64,000 bases of DNA from an uncultured Candidatus Saccharibacteria bacterium (GTDB lineage: Bacteria; Patescibacteriota; WWE3; UBA101185; 2-01-FULL-41-18): the NCBI GenBank assembly GCA_964636285.1, contig CAZWQF010000006.1, forward strand, positions 938 to 64,937. The letters run 5' to 3'. How positions within the stretch are numbered: position 1 is the stretch's first letter; each line of letters opens with the position of its first letter. Under the pieces are notes generated by a model. It was given only the letters and a program-made list of their open reading frames with translations, was not told the DNA's origin and searched no databases. This document shows positions 47,669 to 58,200 of the stretch, one piece after another. Both the position numbers and the translations under genes were made by a program.

Positions 47669-48792
47669 ACAATAATAAGACCTTTATAACACTTTTGATA
47701 ACAGCACTCTCTTTTTGTGGTGTAATTCTTTATGTTGCAACCCATAGAGGAACCCCTGTTATAGATTTTGAGGCCTATTATACAGGCGCAACTATTGTGA
47801 GGGAGGGGAATGTCAAAAAACTTTACGATGTTTCTACACAAAAGGAAGCCAGAAATAAAGTAATTGATAGAGTACCAAGGAACGGACTTCTAGCTTATAG
47901 AAACCCACCGTTATTAGCATACCTACTTGCCCCCTTGTCAAACTTAGATTTTGATTACGCTTATGTATCTTTTATATCTTTAACACTACTCTCGTTCTGC
48001 ATTTTCTGTTACATGTTGTATAAAAAGGGTTTTCTACAGTCAAACTCTGATATTTTAACTCTTTTTCTATATTTACCTGTTATTCATAGCATTATGATTG
48101 GTCAGGTGGCTCCCATATTATTGCTTTGTGTGGCAAGTAGCGTTTTTTTGATACAAAAAGGCAGATATAGATTAGCGGGGTTTATAATGACCTCTTTGCT
48201 ATTTAAACCACAGAGGTTTTTATTAGGTCTAATTTTTCTACTTTTTGTAAAAAATAAAAGCCAGTACGCTCAAGGGCTCCTGATAGGTTTTGTTATGTTC
48301 GCTTTCTTAAATGTTTTAATAGACCCTAGTTTAATTTACAAAATGCCACAATTTCTTGTAGCTACTCAGAACATGAGTAATGGTACAGACTTAGCTGACA
48401 GCTATAGCATTCAAAGCATTGTTAAGTTTATATTTCCAGCAATAAATGACACGGAAAACCTTAAAATAACCATCTTTGTGAGCATACTTGGTTTAGTTTC
48501 TTACACAGCTTATATTCTTAAGAAAGGGGTTAAAAATATTGAAGAGGGGATCATCAGCGCAATTCCTATATCTCTTCTACTCGGAGTGCATACAATGCCC
48601 GCGGATTATGTTCTTGTAGCCCTCCCCTTAATTATGTTAAAAAAGTGGGGAGAAAGAGTGGTGTTGCTAATTCTAATTTGCACCCCCTGGCTAGGCTTTA
48701 TAAAACACACATCCTGGTTAATCGTAGTAATACATGGTGCTGTTTTAATAGCAGTTTTAGCCAAAAACACTAAGATAAAGGCGAGGGCCTAA
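47665..48792 (+). CDS. GT87/DUF2029 GT-C glycosyltransferase
   Basis: DFEAYY, NPP, GQV, KPQ and many TM helices. Confidence 0.82.
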   Translation: MNNNKTFITLLITALSFCGVILYVATHRGTPVIDFEAYYTGATIVREGNVKKLYDVSTQKEARNKVIDRVPRNGLLAYRNPPLLAYLLAPLSNLDFDYAYVSFISLTLLSFCIFCYMLYKKGFLQSNSDILTLFLYLPVIHSIMIGQVAPILLLCVASSVFLIQKGRYRLAGFIMTSLLFKPQRFLLGLIFLLFVKNKSQYAQGLLIGFVMFAFLNVLIDPSLIYKMPQFLVATQNMSNGTDLADSYSIQSIVKFIFPAINDTENLKITIFVSILGLVSYTAYILKKGVKNIEEGIISAIPISLLLGVHTMPADYVLVALPLIMLKKWGERVVLLILICTPWLGFIKHTSWLIVVIHGAVLIAVLAKNTKIKARA

Positions 48793-49660
48793 AAGAAGGT
48801 TTTTTATAGGTAGCCATTAAATAAGCTAGTAAAAAACCAAATAGCACATCAGTAATATAATGCTCGCCCAACATTATTACAGAAAACCCTATCATAATAG
48901 GCACGAGCAAAACAAGCTTTATCCATTTATTTTTATAAAATCTGGTGATTAAAAAAAAGCTAGAAAAAGCAGGCCATGCAGTATGCAGAGAAGGGAGTGC
49001 TGCAACTGCGTTACCGTAAACAAAATAATAGGCAACAGTTGCTGTCTTTTGTGCAAAGGGGGAGAAAAAGTATAGGTATCTAACTATACCTAGGTCTAAG
49101 CTTGACGAAACATACCAAGGTGGAGCTACAGGTATTAAAAGGAACAACATCAAACTAACATAGGTCATTAAAATAAATCTGAGTGAATAAGATCTAAATA
49201 GATTGGAATCTCTATACCAAACAATAAAGGCAACACCAAAGGAATACACAAAAAAGAGTCCATAAAAAAAAGTGCATATGGGAACAAGCCAAATATTATG
49301 TACAAACAAACTCTGGAAAAAAGCAGTTGAAGTTTGCCCAAATAAATAGTTTTCAAGAAGGTAAACGCTAAATAAAGTCTGCTGTTTAAAAGGTGCTATA
49401 TCATCTACATACCCCCTCAGGAACTCGTACAGCAGGAAAGCAGCTACGAAAGGTATCCACACAGAAAGATACTGCTTGGATCTAGCTTTTTTCCAAGCAA
49501 GAACAAATAACATAAACTCTATCAATAAAATATCTGGTGTGGCCTTTATTACAAAAATGTTAACAAATACTAAATAGAATAAAATAGTAAATTTTGACAA
49601 GACTAGAGGGTTAAAGGACTTGCTTAGAAAATGGAGGACCCTTTGATTACTTGATGACAT
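48770..49660 (-). CDS. PAP2-superfamily membrane enzyme (Aur1/IPC-synthase-like)
   Basis: PVAPPW, AALPSLH, EHYITD. Confidence 0.82.
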   Translation of the reverse strand: MSSSNQRVLHFLSKSFNPLVLSKFTILFYLVFVNIFVIKATPDILLIEFMLFVLAWKKARSKQYLSVWIPFVAAFLLYEFLRGYVDDIAPFKQQTLFSVYLLENYLFGQTSTAFFQSLFVHNIWLVPICTFFYGLFFVYSFGVAFIVWYRDSNLFRSYSLRFILMTYVSLMLFLLIPVAPPWYVSSSLDLGIVRYLYFFSPFAQKTATVAYYFVYGNAVAALPSLHTAWPAFSSFFLITRFYKNKWIKLVLLVPIMIGFSVIMLGEHYITDVLFGFLLAYLMATYKKPSFRPSPLS

Positions 49661-50957
49661 CTTGAGTCGTAATAAGGGCTTTTTCCGCCGCCTCGCCAGC
49701 AATGACAGAATTTACAGCAGTTTTCAAAGCATCTACCTCTTTGTCGTTTCCGGCTCTTGAAGCAAATACACCGCTTTTTGCAGTGTCGCCACTTCTCAAA
49801 TATGTATCTAAATAGGCGTTACCTGAAAGCTCAGACTGAAGAGACTTTAGAGCGTAAGGTTGGCCAAACGCCCTAACTTTTGATCCCTCACTGAAAAGCT
49901 TCCTCTGTGTATCCTCAGTAGTTAAAAATCTTAGGTAGTCCCAAGCCACTGCAGGATTCTTACTGCTTTTGGAAACGGCAACCATCCAAAAACTACCCCA
50001 ATTTACATCAATAGCCCTCCCCTCAAGATCTAAAGCCTTAGGAACTGACGCAACTCCCATATTGATTTGAGGATTTCTTGCAAGGATATTTAAAACTTCC
50101 CAGCTAGGTACAAAAGCCATAGCTACTTTTCTATCAGCAAAAGCTTCAACAGATTGAGGCAACACATCACTCCAAACCTTCTCTTGAGTAGCAAAGTTGG
50201 TATAAAAAGTTAAAGCGTCTGCAGCCGCTTTAGAGTTCAAATCATCGGGGACTTTTACAGAGGCCTGTGAAAAGAATAAACCTAAGATATCAGAGAAATG
50301 CTCAATGTTGTTTGCTGTACCAATCGCAGCACCAGCCTGAGATATAACACCGTCCTTATCTCTTTTTGTTAACGCTACGGCCATCTGTCTAAACTCCTCC
50401 CAAGATGTTGGAGGTGCAGAAAGGTTTGCCTCTGTAAACATGTCCCTGTTATAAACCAGAGCTAAGCCGTCATAACTAAGAGGAACAGCGTAGACAGATT
50501 TCTGATCCGCTGAAGAGCCCCAAGCCTTTGCTACAGGGTAGAACGCCTCGGCATTCACAACACCATCAGGAGCGGGGGCCAAGTTGTCCCTTAAGAAAGG
50601 CACCCAAGTATTGTGAACAACAATAATGTCTGGGGCAGTACCTTCGGAGAGTCTTGTAAAAACAGAGTCTTTGTAGTTCTTAAGGCTTCCTACAACAGAC
50701 CTCTCTTCGTAATTTATAGAAACATTTGGTTTTTCTTTTTTGTACTCATTATTTACAGAACCTATCAGATCTTTGGGCTCCCACAAACCCCACATGGTGA
50801 GTTCAACAGGTGTAGCCACATTAGCGCTATCTTTTTTTGCAAAAAACTTACCTATTACAGGTAAGTCTGAAACGGAACATGCTGTAAGAATTAAAGGGCT
50901 GAGTACTGCTAAAGCAATAAGCTTAAATTTTGGGCTTGGATTTTTCAATTTCAGCAT
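49647..50957 (-). CDS. ABC-type sugar-binding lipoprotein
   Basis: Lipobox LTAC, APDI, ALVYNRDMF, PPTSWEE. Confidence 0.88.
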   Translation of the reverse strand: MLKLKNPSPKFKLIALAVLSPLILTACSVSDLPVIGKFFAKKDSANVATPVELTMWGLWEPKDLIGSVNNEYKKEKPNVSINYEERSVVGSLKNYKDSVFTRLSEGTAPDIIVVHNTWVPFLRDNLAPAPDGVVNAEAFYPVAKAWGSSADQKSVYAVPLSYDGLALVYNRDMFTEANLSAPPTSWEEFRQMAVALTKRDKDGVISQAGAAIGTANNIEHFSDILGLFFSQASVKVPDDLNSKAAADALTFYTNFATQEKVWSDVLPQSVEAFADRKVAMAFVPSWEVLNILARNPQINMGVASVPKALDLEGRAIDVNWGSFWMVAVSKSSKNPAVAWDYLRFLTTEDTQRKLFSEGSKVRAFGQPYALKSLQSELSGNAYLDTYLRSGDTAKSGVFASRAGNDKEVDALKTAVNSVIAGEAAEKALITTQDVIK

Positions 50958-52320
50958 CTTGTTTAATTGTAGATGCACCCATACCTAGTGTCAACCAAAA
51001 TAAAAGTTGCCCTTGCTGTAATGTAAGGAAATAATGGTCAAAATTCGAAATGAAAACAATCACGAACAAGAGTACAAAGTACAAAAAAACTCGTGGTCGT
51101 GAAAAATAGTAGAAACAGGAAACAAGCAACATACAAAAAAGTGTTAACGAAACAACCCCGCACTCAGAAAGGATAAGGAAAAATATGTTATGTACAGGCT
51201 GGATAAACCTAATAACCCCTCTAACTCCACCGTTATTATTTAGTTCAAGAGTAAACTTATTTAAGCCCACACCTGATAACGGATGTGACCCAAACATTTT
51301 TAGGGAAGCGTTTATCAAATCAACCCTTCTATAAACCGAATGGCTTTTGGATCCAAAACCCATATTTACTGCGGAGTAAACAGAAAGGGCGTTTATCAAT
51401 ACAAAAAATAAAACTACAACAATAAGTAACGCAGCGCGTAATTTTCCTACAGCGGCCTCTTTAACCGAGTGGCTACCTTTTGCCACATACTTAACAACAA
51501 GAAACCTGAGACCTATGTAGAGGCCAAAAAAGGCAATCCCAAGCAAAAACCCAAAAATTGCTACAGAGCCCTTAGTAAGTAGCAAAATAATCAAAGAATA
51601 AAGCCAAGCACAAACAACAAGCGGCTTTAACCCTTTTTTAAAAGTGTACATAAGTAAAACTAGCAATACAAAAACCAAAAAACCAGAAAGCACATTAGGG
51701 TGGGGGAATGTGCCGTACGGGGCTAGTTTAAGCTCGCCAAAGTAATCTTTATATACAAGACCTGGAGTTTTATAAGTAAAAGGTTGCTCACCAAAGAACA
51801 GGTAATTATTAAAAAAAGACCTACCGTTAACCCACTGAACTAATGAAATAAAACTTTGAAACAGTGCAGAACTGGCAAGCAAAGTAGATATCTTGTTAAA
51901 GTCGTCTTTGTTTGAGTAATTAAAATAGGTGTAGACAGCAAGGAGAGAAAAAAGCAAATACCTTCCAAATTTATAGAACGAAGGGGCGAATGAAAAATCC
52001 GTAGCAAAAAGCAAGCTCAGGATAAACATTAGAAGGAGGTAGCCAATAATGACAACCCTTCGATTAAAAAAACTTTTGAAAGTTAAAGCATAGGATTTAA
52101 AGCTAAAGTTATGAAATAAGTAAAGCCTTAAGAACTCATCAACCACCCATAAAGCTAAAGTAGCTAAAACAAGTATATCCGTGAGGTATATTGACGGGAT
52201 TAGATAGTCTACAAGGACACCGCTCACGTATGAGTTTGGAGAGATAAAGTTTTTTGCAAGGTTTACTGGTACTAAAAGTACAAGTAAATAAAACAGCCCT
52301 TTGTGTAAAAGTCTGAACAT
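50923..52320 (-). CDS. O-antigen ligase-like (Wzy_C) membrane protein
   Basis: GTFPHPN, GVGLNKF, PVHNIF, FDHY. Confidence 0.85.
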   Translation of the reverse strand: MFRLLHKGLFYLLVLLVPVNLAKNFISPNSYVSGVLVDYLIPSIYLTDILVLATLALWVVDEFLRLYLFHNFSFKSYALTFKSFFNRRVVIIGYLLLMFILSLLFATDFSFAPSFYKFGRYLLFSLLAVYTYFNYSNKDDFNKISTLLASSALFQSFISLVQWVNGRSFFNNYLFFGEQPFTYKTPGLVYKDYFGELKLAPYGTFPHPNVLSGFLVFVLLVLLMYTFKKGLKPLVVCAWLYSLIILLLTKGSVAIFGFLLGIAFFGLYIGLRFLVVKYVAKGSHSVKEAAVGKLRAALLIVVVLFFVLINALSVYSAVNMGFGSKSHSVYRRVDLINASLKMFGSHPLSGVGLNKFTLELNNNGGVRGVIRFIQPVHNIFFLILSECGVVSLTLFCMLLVSCFYYFSRPRVFLYFVLLFVIVFISNFDHYFLTLQQGQLLFWLTLGMGASTIKQDAEIEKSKPKI

Positions 52321-52621
52321 ATCCTATATTTATCACTATAGAGACGTGTTATGCAACCTTTCCACAAACCTCCTCATATTACTTTCTTATATAATATATC
52401 AAGAAGCAGTTGTATTAGTGGTGTGGATATGTTGATTTCGGTAGTTTTAGGTCTTGGTTGTCACTAATACAATTTATATTTGAGTTTATACCTTTAGAAT
52501 GCTGTTATTCCTGCTGTTAACTACCCGAAACCCCCTGTTTTTTGTTGTACCCTCGTGTTTATAAGTTGTATGTTTTGGTGGATATCGTTGTGGATAAGTA
52601 GGGGTAGTTATCCACACTGCT
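52321..52621. other. Probable replication origin oriC
   Basis: Gap downstream of dnaA. Perfect DnaA boxes at 52589-52597 and 52608-52616, near-matches at 52358, 52422 and 52577; AT-rich TTATATAATATAT. The + strand shifts visibly from C/A-rich to G/T-rich here. Confidence 0.8.
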
Positions 52622-53989
52622 TTACGCACCTATATTCAAAGTTCTTTTAATGTTGACAACATCTGCTTTGATCCTTGTATCTGCATTAAGCTCCAGCTCT
52701 ACTTTTTCTGTTCCGTGCATTATAGTTGTGTGATCTCTTCCTCCAAGAATATCTCCAATTACCATATATGGCGTATCTGTAAACTTTTTTAAAAGATACA
52801 TTGATACTTGTCTTGGAACTACATACTCTTTAACCCTACTTTTTCCTTTTAGATCTGTAATTTTTATATTGTAATAAGCACACACAGTCTTTAAAAGTTC
52901 GTTTACATTTACAACCGGTTTACCAATATTTTGGCCTAAAAACTTTGCGCAGTACTCAACGGTGAGGTCTTGCCCTTCGGCTTTTGCTCTTGTAATGATC
53001 TGCAAAAAGTTTCCTTCCAGCTCTCTAATGTTTGTCTCAATGTTTTGTGCAATGTAGTCCACTACATTGTTTGGGATGCTTTCTCTCATTATGTCTCTCT
53101 TTTCTCTTAAAATGGCACTTCTTGTTTCCGAATCAGGCTTTTGCATATCAGCAACAATTCCGCTTGCAAACCTTGAAGTAATTCTTGCATCCAGCTTTGA
53201 TAATTCTTTTGGAGGTCTGTCTGAAGTAAGCACAATTTGCTTTTGAGACATGTAAAGAGCGTTAAAAGTGTGGAAAAATTCTTCTTGCGTGGCTTCTCCT
53301 CTTCCTGCAATAAATTGAATATCATCAATTAACAGCACATCTGTTTTTCTGAATTTGTCTCTAAACTTGTTTGCGGTATAGTTCTTATTCCTACCTGCCT
53401 GTATAGCCTCTATAAGCTCGTTCATGAAAGTTTCTGCTGTAGCATATACAACCCTAGCTTTTGGATTCTGTTTGAGCACAGCGTTCCCTATGGCCTGCAT
53501 TAGGTGTGTTTTACCAAGACCCACACCTGCATGAAGAAAAAATGGGTTGTAAACTTTTCCTGGGTTTTCAGAAACTGCAGTAGCAATTGCATGAGCAAGC
53601 CTGTTTGATGGCCCCACAATAAAGCTTTCGAATGTATATTTTGGGATCAGGCCTGCGTCTTCATACGCGTCTTTTGTAAGCGCTTGCTGCTTTTTTTGCA
53701 TGTCGTTGAAGAGTGGTAGGTCTTCAACTTTTGTTTGTACTTCTCTTTTTTCTACTCTGAATGTTATTTCAACGCTCGTTTTTGAAATTCTATCCACGGT
53801 TGATTTTAAAAGGCCGTAGAATTTTTTGTTTATTTGATCTGCAATGTATTCGCTTCCAACCACAACTTCAATGTTGTTCTCTTTTGTTTCTCCAAGCTCT
53901 GCATGAGAAAAGAACGACTTAAAGACGGCTTTTGATAGAACTGTTTCTAGTTCGCCTAATGTGGCTTTCCATAATTCAGAATGATTCAT
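52622..53989 (-). CDS. dnaA: Chromosomal replication initiator DnaA
   Basis: YTFESF, GVGLGKTHL, LLIDDIQF, RELEG, GGRDHTT. Confidence 0.98.
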   Translation of the reverse strand: MNHSELWKATLGELETVLSKAVFKSFFSHAELGETKENNIEVVVGSEYIADQINKKFYGLLKSTVDRISKTSVEITFRVEKREVQTKVEDLPLFNDMQKKQQALTKDAYEDAGLIPKYTFESFIVGPSNRLAHAIATAVSENPGKVYNPFFLHAGVGLGKTHLMQAIGNAVLKQNPKARVVYATAETFMNELIEAIQAGRNKNYTANKFRDKFRKTDVLLIDDIQFIAGRGEATQEEFFHTFNALYMSQKQIVLTSDRPPKELSKLDARITSRFASGIVADMQKPDSETRSAILREKRDIMRESIPNNVVDYIAQNIETNIRELEGNFLQIITRAKAEGQDLTVEYCAKFLGQNIGKPVVNVNELLKTVCAYYNIKITDLKGKSRVKEYVVPRQVSMYLLKKFTDTPYMVIGDILGGRDHTTIMHGTEKVELELNADTRIKADVVNIKRTLNIGA

Positions 53990-54010
53990 AGGATTTTGGC
54001 AGGTGGTAAC

Positions 54011-54044
54011 AATCTATTTATAAAGTTATCCACAATTTTGTCAA
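54011..54044 (-). promoter_or_regulatory. dnaA promoter with DnaA box
   Basis: TTGACA (54039-54044, minus strand) with a perfect TTATCCACA at 54026-54034 in the spacer. Confidence 0.65.
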
Positions 54045-54049
54045 TGATT

Positions 54050-54520
54050 TTATGAAGTTTTAAGCGCCTCTTTGCACAAGGTTTTAACTATAGGAAGTAT
54101 GTTTGAATCCTCAATTTCCTTATTGGTAAACCATTTAAGCTCTTGCCCCTCAAGCGGTTTTGGCTCCGCATCTGAGCTCACTAAATACGCAAAGCAAATA
54201 TTCTTGTGCTTTGTTTTTGTAGTCCCGTCGTTTTCTAAAGTGTGTCTATAAGAGGCGAATGGGGTTGGCAAAGATTCGTGCAGCTCCTCAGTTGGGAAAA
54301 GAGGTTTACTTATAAAATTAATTTCTACACCAAGCTCTTCCCTCACCTCTCTTTTGACTGCAATATGAGGTTCTTCAAAAGGCTCAACATGACCTCCTGG
54401 GAGTTTCCAGCCGATAGAGCTGTTTGAGCTCTTTTCGAGCAGAATTTTACCATCCTTTATAAGTGCAAAATTAGCTACATAATCTATTGGGAGTTTTTGA
54501 TCAAGTTCTACAAAATTCAT
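54050..54520 (-). CDS. NUDIX hydrolase
   Basis: WKLPGGHVE...AVKREVREELG. Confidence 0.88.
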   Translation of the reverse strand: MNFVELDQKLPIDYVANFALIKDGKILLEKSSNSSIGWKLPGGHVEPFEEPHIAVKREVREELGVEINFISKPLFPTEELHESLPTPFASYRHTLENDGTTKTKHKNICFAYLVSSDAEPKPLEGQELKWFTNKEIEDSNILPIVKTLCKEALKTS

Positions 54521-54921
54521 ACTTTTTGCATTTTCTGATAAATAGAAAGTCCTAAAATTCCAAGCATGGTAAATTGACACATAAGGCAAACTGGACAATA
54601 AACTTTTAGTTGAAAAAGCTCGATGTATGTAATTCTTAGGCAAAATAGCGTCCCAAACAAAGCCATTCCCAAAACCAGCTTAAACTTATTCTTTACAGCT
54701 CCAAACAAAATTATAATGTATCCAATAAGTCCGTATAAGGAGGTTGGAACTCCTAGCGTTTTTGAAACCTCTCCGCTAATCACAGCATCACAATTTACAT
54801 TCTGGCTTATTGTACATAGCCTAACTTTAGGCTGAAAAATAAAGTTATAAAAAAGATAGCTTGCAAGAAGAACTCCAAAAACTGAAAGAAAAATTATGGA
54901 CTTTTTGATCTGACCTTTCAT
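54517..54921 (-). CDS. Second VKOR-family protein
   Basis: C...NCDAV loop, CPVC, four TM helices. Confidence 0.85.
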   Translation of the reverse strand: MKGQIKKSIIFLSVFGVLLASYLFYNFIFQPKVRLCTISQNVNCDAVISGEVSKTLGVPTSLYGLIGYIIILFGAVKNKFKLVLGMALFGTLFCLRITYIELFQLKVYCPVCLMCQFTMLGILGLSIYQKMQKV

Positions 54922-54941
54922 GACCAGATTATACTCCAAAA

Positions 54942-55286
54942 TTATTTTTTGCTTTTTGTAAACGAAAACAGAACGCTGTTCACAAGGGAAAGTACTACTG
55001 CAAATAAAAGCGCGCTTAAAAACCCGTTTACCCTAAACCCCGGCACAAAGTAATCAGTAATCATTACCATTGCAGCAGATATGACAAGACTAAACAGCCC
55101 AAGAGTTAATATGCTTAGAGGTAATGTAAGAATTTCCAGTATAGGTTTAATTACTGCGTTTGAGACTGCCAAGACAACAGACACTACAATAGCAATAAAA
55201 AACCCATCCACATGTACTCCAGGTATTAAGTAGGCACAAATCATGACTGCAACGCCGCTAAGAAGAAGATTTAAAATTGTTTTCAT
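54942..55286 (-). CDS. YvlD/DUF360 (holin family 4-like) membrane protein
   Basis: NAVIKPIL..LTLPL..LTLGLF motif. Confidence 0.88.
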   Translation of the reverse strand: MKTILNLLLSGVAVMICAYLIPGVHVDGFFIAIVVSVVLAVSNAVIKPILEILTLPLSILTLGLFSLVISAAMVMITDYFVPGFRVNGFLSALLFAVVLSLVNSVLFSFTKSKK

Positions 55287-55293
55287 CGTATTA

Positions 55294-58200
55294 TTATACC
55301 TCCGATCCGATTATTCCTGTGACATTTGTTGTTCTGTTAAGTTTTCCCCAAGAAACATTAGACCCCTTAATAGCAGATAGCACAACTTTGATGCTAATAA
55401 AATAAAAAAGGAACCTATATAAAACTCTTTGAAGAGGAAGAAGCCTTACCAAATACTGTTCCTCCTTTTCCTCAAGCATTAACGCTGCCACTGAAACAAG
55501 GTAATCCACAAACAGAAACACAAGGTAGAAGTAGGCAATTTTTCCAAGACCTTCAAAAGAAGCACTTGGGTGTTGGAATTTCTGAAACAGGTCTATTGCA
55601 ACCAAAAACATTGCATATACGTCTAAAATTGGCGCTACCAAAGGAAAAGCTATTTGAAACACAATTACGTTGGGTACTACTACAAGTCCAAGAAACTTAT
55701 ACTTTGGCTTGAGAATCACATCCTGGTGTTTCCATATTGCTTGAAATGTGCCAAACATCCATCTATATCTTTGCTTGATAAAGTCCCTAATGTTTTCTGG
55801 AGCTTCTGTATAACTTATCGCCCTTTCTTCATACTCAACCTTGTATCCAAGTTTTAAAACTTTAAGAGTTAATTCGGCGTCTTCTGCAAGAGTGTCCGTT
55901 CCAAACCCGCCCACCTTCTCTAGCAGGTCTTTTCTCCACACACCTATTGCACCAGGCACCACTGTAATGCTGTTAAGCAACGCAAATGCTCTTCGATCAA
56001 GATTTTGACTTGTTACATACTCAAGGGCTTGGAACTTTGTTAACAAATTTACTCTGTTTCCTACCTTTGCATTTCCTGCTACCGCTCCAACTGAAGTGTC
56101 TTTGAATCGCCTGACAATTTTGCTGACAGCATTTGCTTTTAGAAGAGTGTCTGCGTCCAAAACCATTATTAACTCTGCACTACTTTGGTTTACTGCAAAG
56201 TTGATAGCGCTAGATTTGCCTCCTCCATTCGTTTGAAAAATTTTAACTTTGGGATTTCCTTTAAACGCTGCTTTTGTAATTTCAAATGTTGAGTCTGTAG
56301 ATCCATCATCTACCACAATAACCCCAAGGTTGTTGTAAGTTGATCTTAAGATGTTATCCACAGTCCTTACAATAACTTTTGCCTCGTTTAAGGCTGGTAT
56401 AACAATAGAAATCGAAGGGGTAAACTTGGCGTCATATACTTTTTTCCTTGAGCTAACCTTTTGAATTACAGCAAGAACAAATATTAAAATTTGTCTGGAA
56501 ATACCAAGCATAATTCCAACTACAAAAAGATTTGTGACAAACTTATAAAAGAGATACGCAAGGGTAAAACCCATATTACTTGAATAGTTAATTAGAGGTT
56601 TGGTGGCTTTGGCAGGAGGCATGATCTGATCCCTTGTTAGACCCATCAATTCTGAAACTGTCACAAACTCATACCCTTGCTCTTTGAGGTTTGAAATTAT
56701 GTAAGGAAGTGCCTGGATTGTTGCGGTTCTATCTCCACCACCGTCATGTAAAAGTACAATGTTCCCATCGCCGTTTTTCACCTTCTTTTCTACATCCTGC
56801 GCAATTTCAAGTGCGCTTGGTTTTGCCCAGTCTTTTGGGTCAACATTCATTCCCACTGTAAAGTAGCCTAACTCTCCTGCGGTAATGAGAGTTTTTAATT
56901 GCGAAGGGGTTTGCGGTTCTACATCCTCACCGTACGGAGGTCTAAATAGCAGGGTGCTTCTTCCTGTTGCACTTTCGATTAGTTTTTGGGTGGCATTTAT
57001 CTCAAGAAGTGCCTCTTTGGTTGAAGTAAGTTCAAGGTTGGGGTGGGAGAAGGTGTGGTTTCCAATTTCGTTTCCTTCGTTATATATCCTTTGCAAAATG
57101 TCCCTATTAGCATTTCCTAGCGCTCCAATAATAAAAAACGTACCACGCACCCCTTGGTTTTTGAGAGTGTCCAAAATCTTAGTTGTATATTTTTTTGTAG
57201 GTCCGTCATCAAAAGTTAGAGCCACTTTTTTTGAGACTAGTCCGTATCTTTGAACGGTGTATGGGTTTGGGGCTGTCACAATTTTTTCAGATAATACTTT
57301 GGTGGTAGGGTCTTCTGTAATTTCCCTTGACCCCATTGTTGGCATCGCTTTTATTTTTATAGTCTCTCCGGTTCCAAGGTAGTTTATCCCGTACCCGTAC
57401 TGCATCTCTTGCATATTCCCAACAGCCTGCCCGCCATTATTTAAGTCTTTGGTAAATAGCGCCCATATCTGTGGGTCTTCGGATCCGAGTCTCCACATTG
57501 CAAAACCTTTAACCCCAGAGTTCTGGGCCTCTTTTATCTGGTTATATGCGGTGATACCATCTAAAAACCAAAGAGTATGTGCGGAAAATCCGTTATCCAC
57601 ATATGTAAAATAAGGGTTTGCGCTGATTGAATCCCAGCTGAATGTAGCTTTTGCTAGCTTGGCTTTGGTCATAACTTCGTCGTAGCTGAGGCTTACTGCA
57701 TTTGTTGTCCCTGCTTGCCAGTCGTACCCATACTGTCCCAGAGCCACAACAACTTTTTCCGCAGGTATTTGCTGAAGTCTCCAAGCAAGCTTCTCTTTAA
57801 ACCAATTTTGTGACGAAATAGCCCCAGGCTCTCCGCCTGCCCAGTGTTCGTCATAGGCCATTAAAATCAAATAATCGCTGTACTCTGAAAGACTAAACCC
57901 GCTAAAGTCGTCGTCATCAAGAGGGATTGAAGCAGAGACAGCAAGCCCTTCGGATTTGAATCTTGCATACAGGTCACGCATAAAAAAGTGAAACGAATTC
58001 ATGTCCTCGGGGTACATATTCTCAAAATCAATGCTTACCCCATCAAACTGACCCTCCTTAACAAACTTAACCGCGTTACTTATAAGCTCCTGCTTTTTTG
58101 TTTCGTTTTTAAGAAATATTGCTGTAAGCTCTGGATCAAAGCTTTGGGTATCAGAGTTGTAATTATTTATGAGAGGCACAATTTTTATTGAAGAGTTTTC

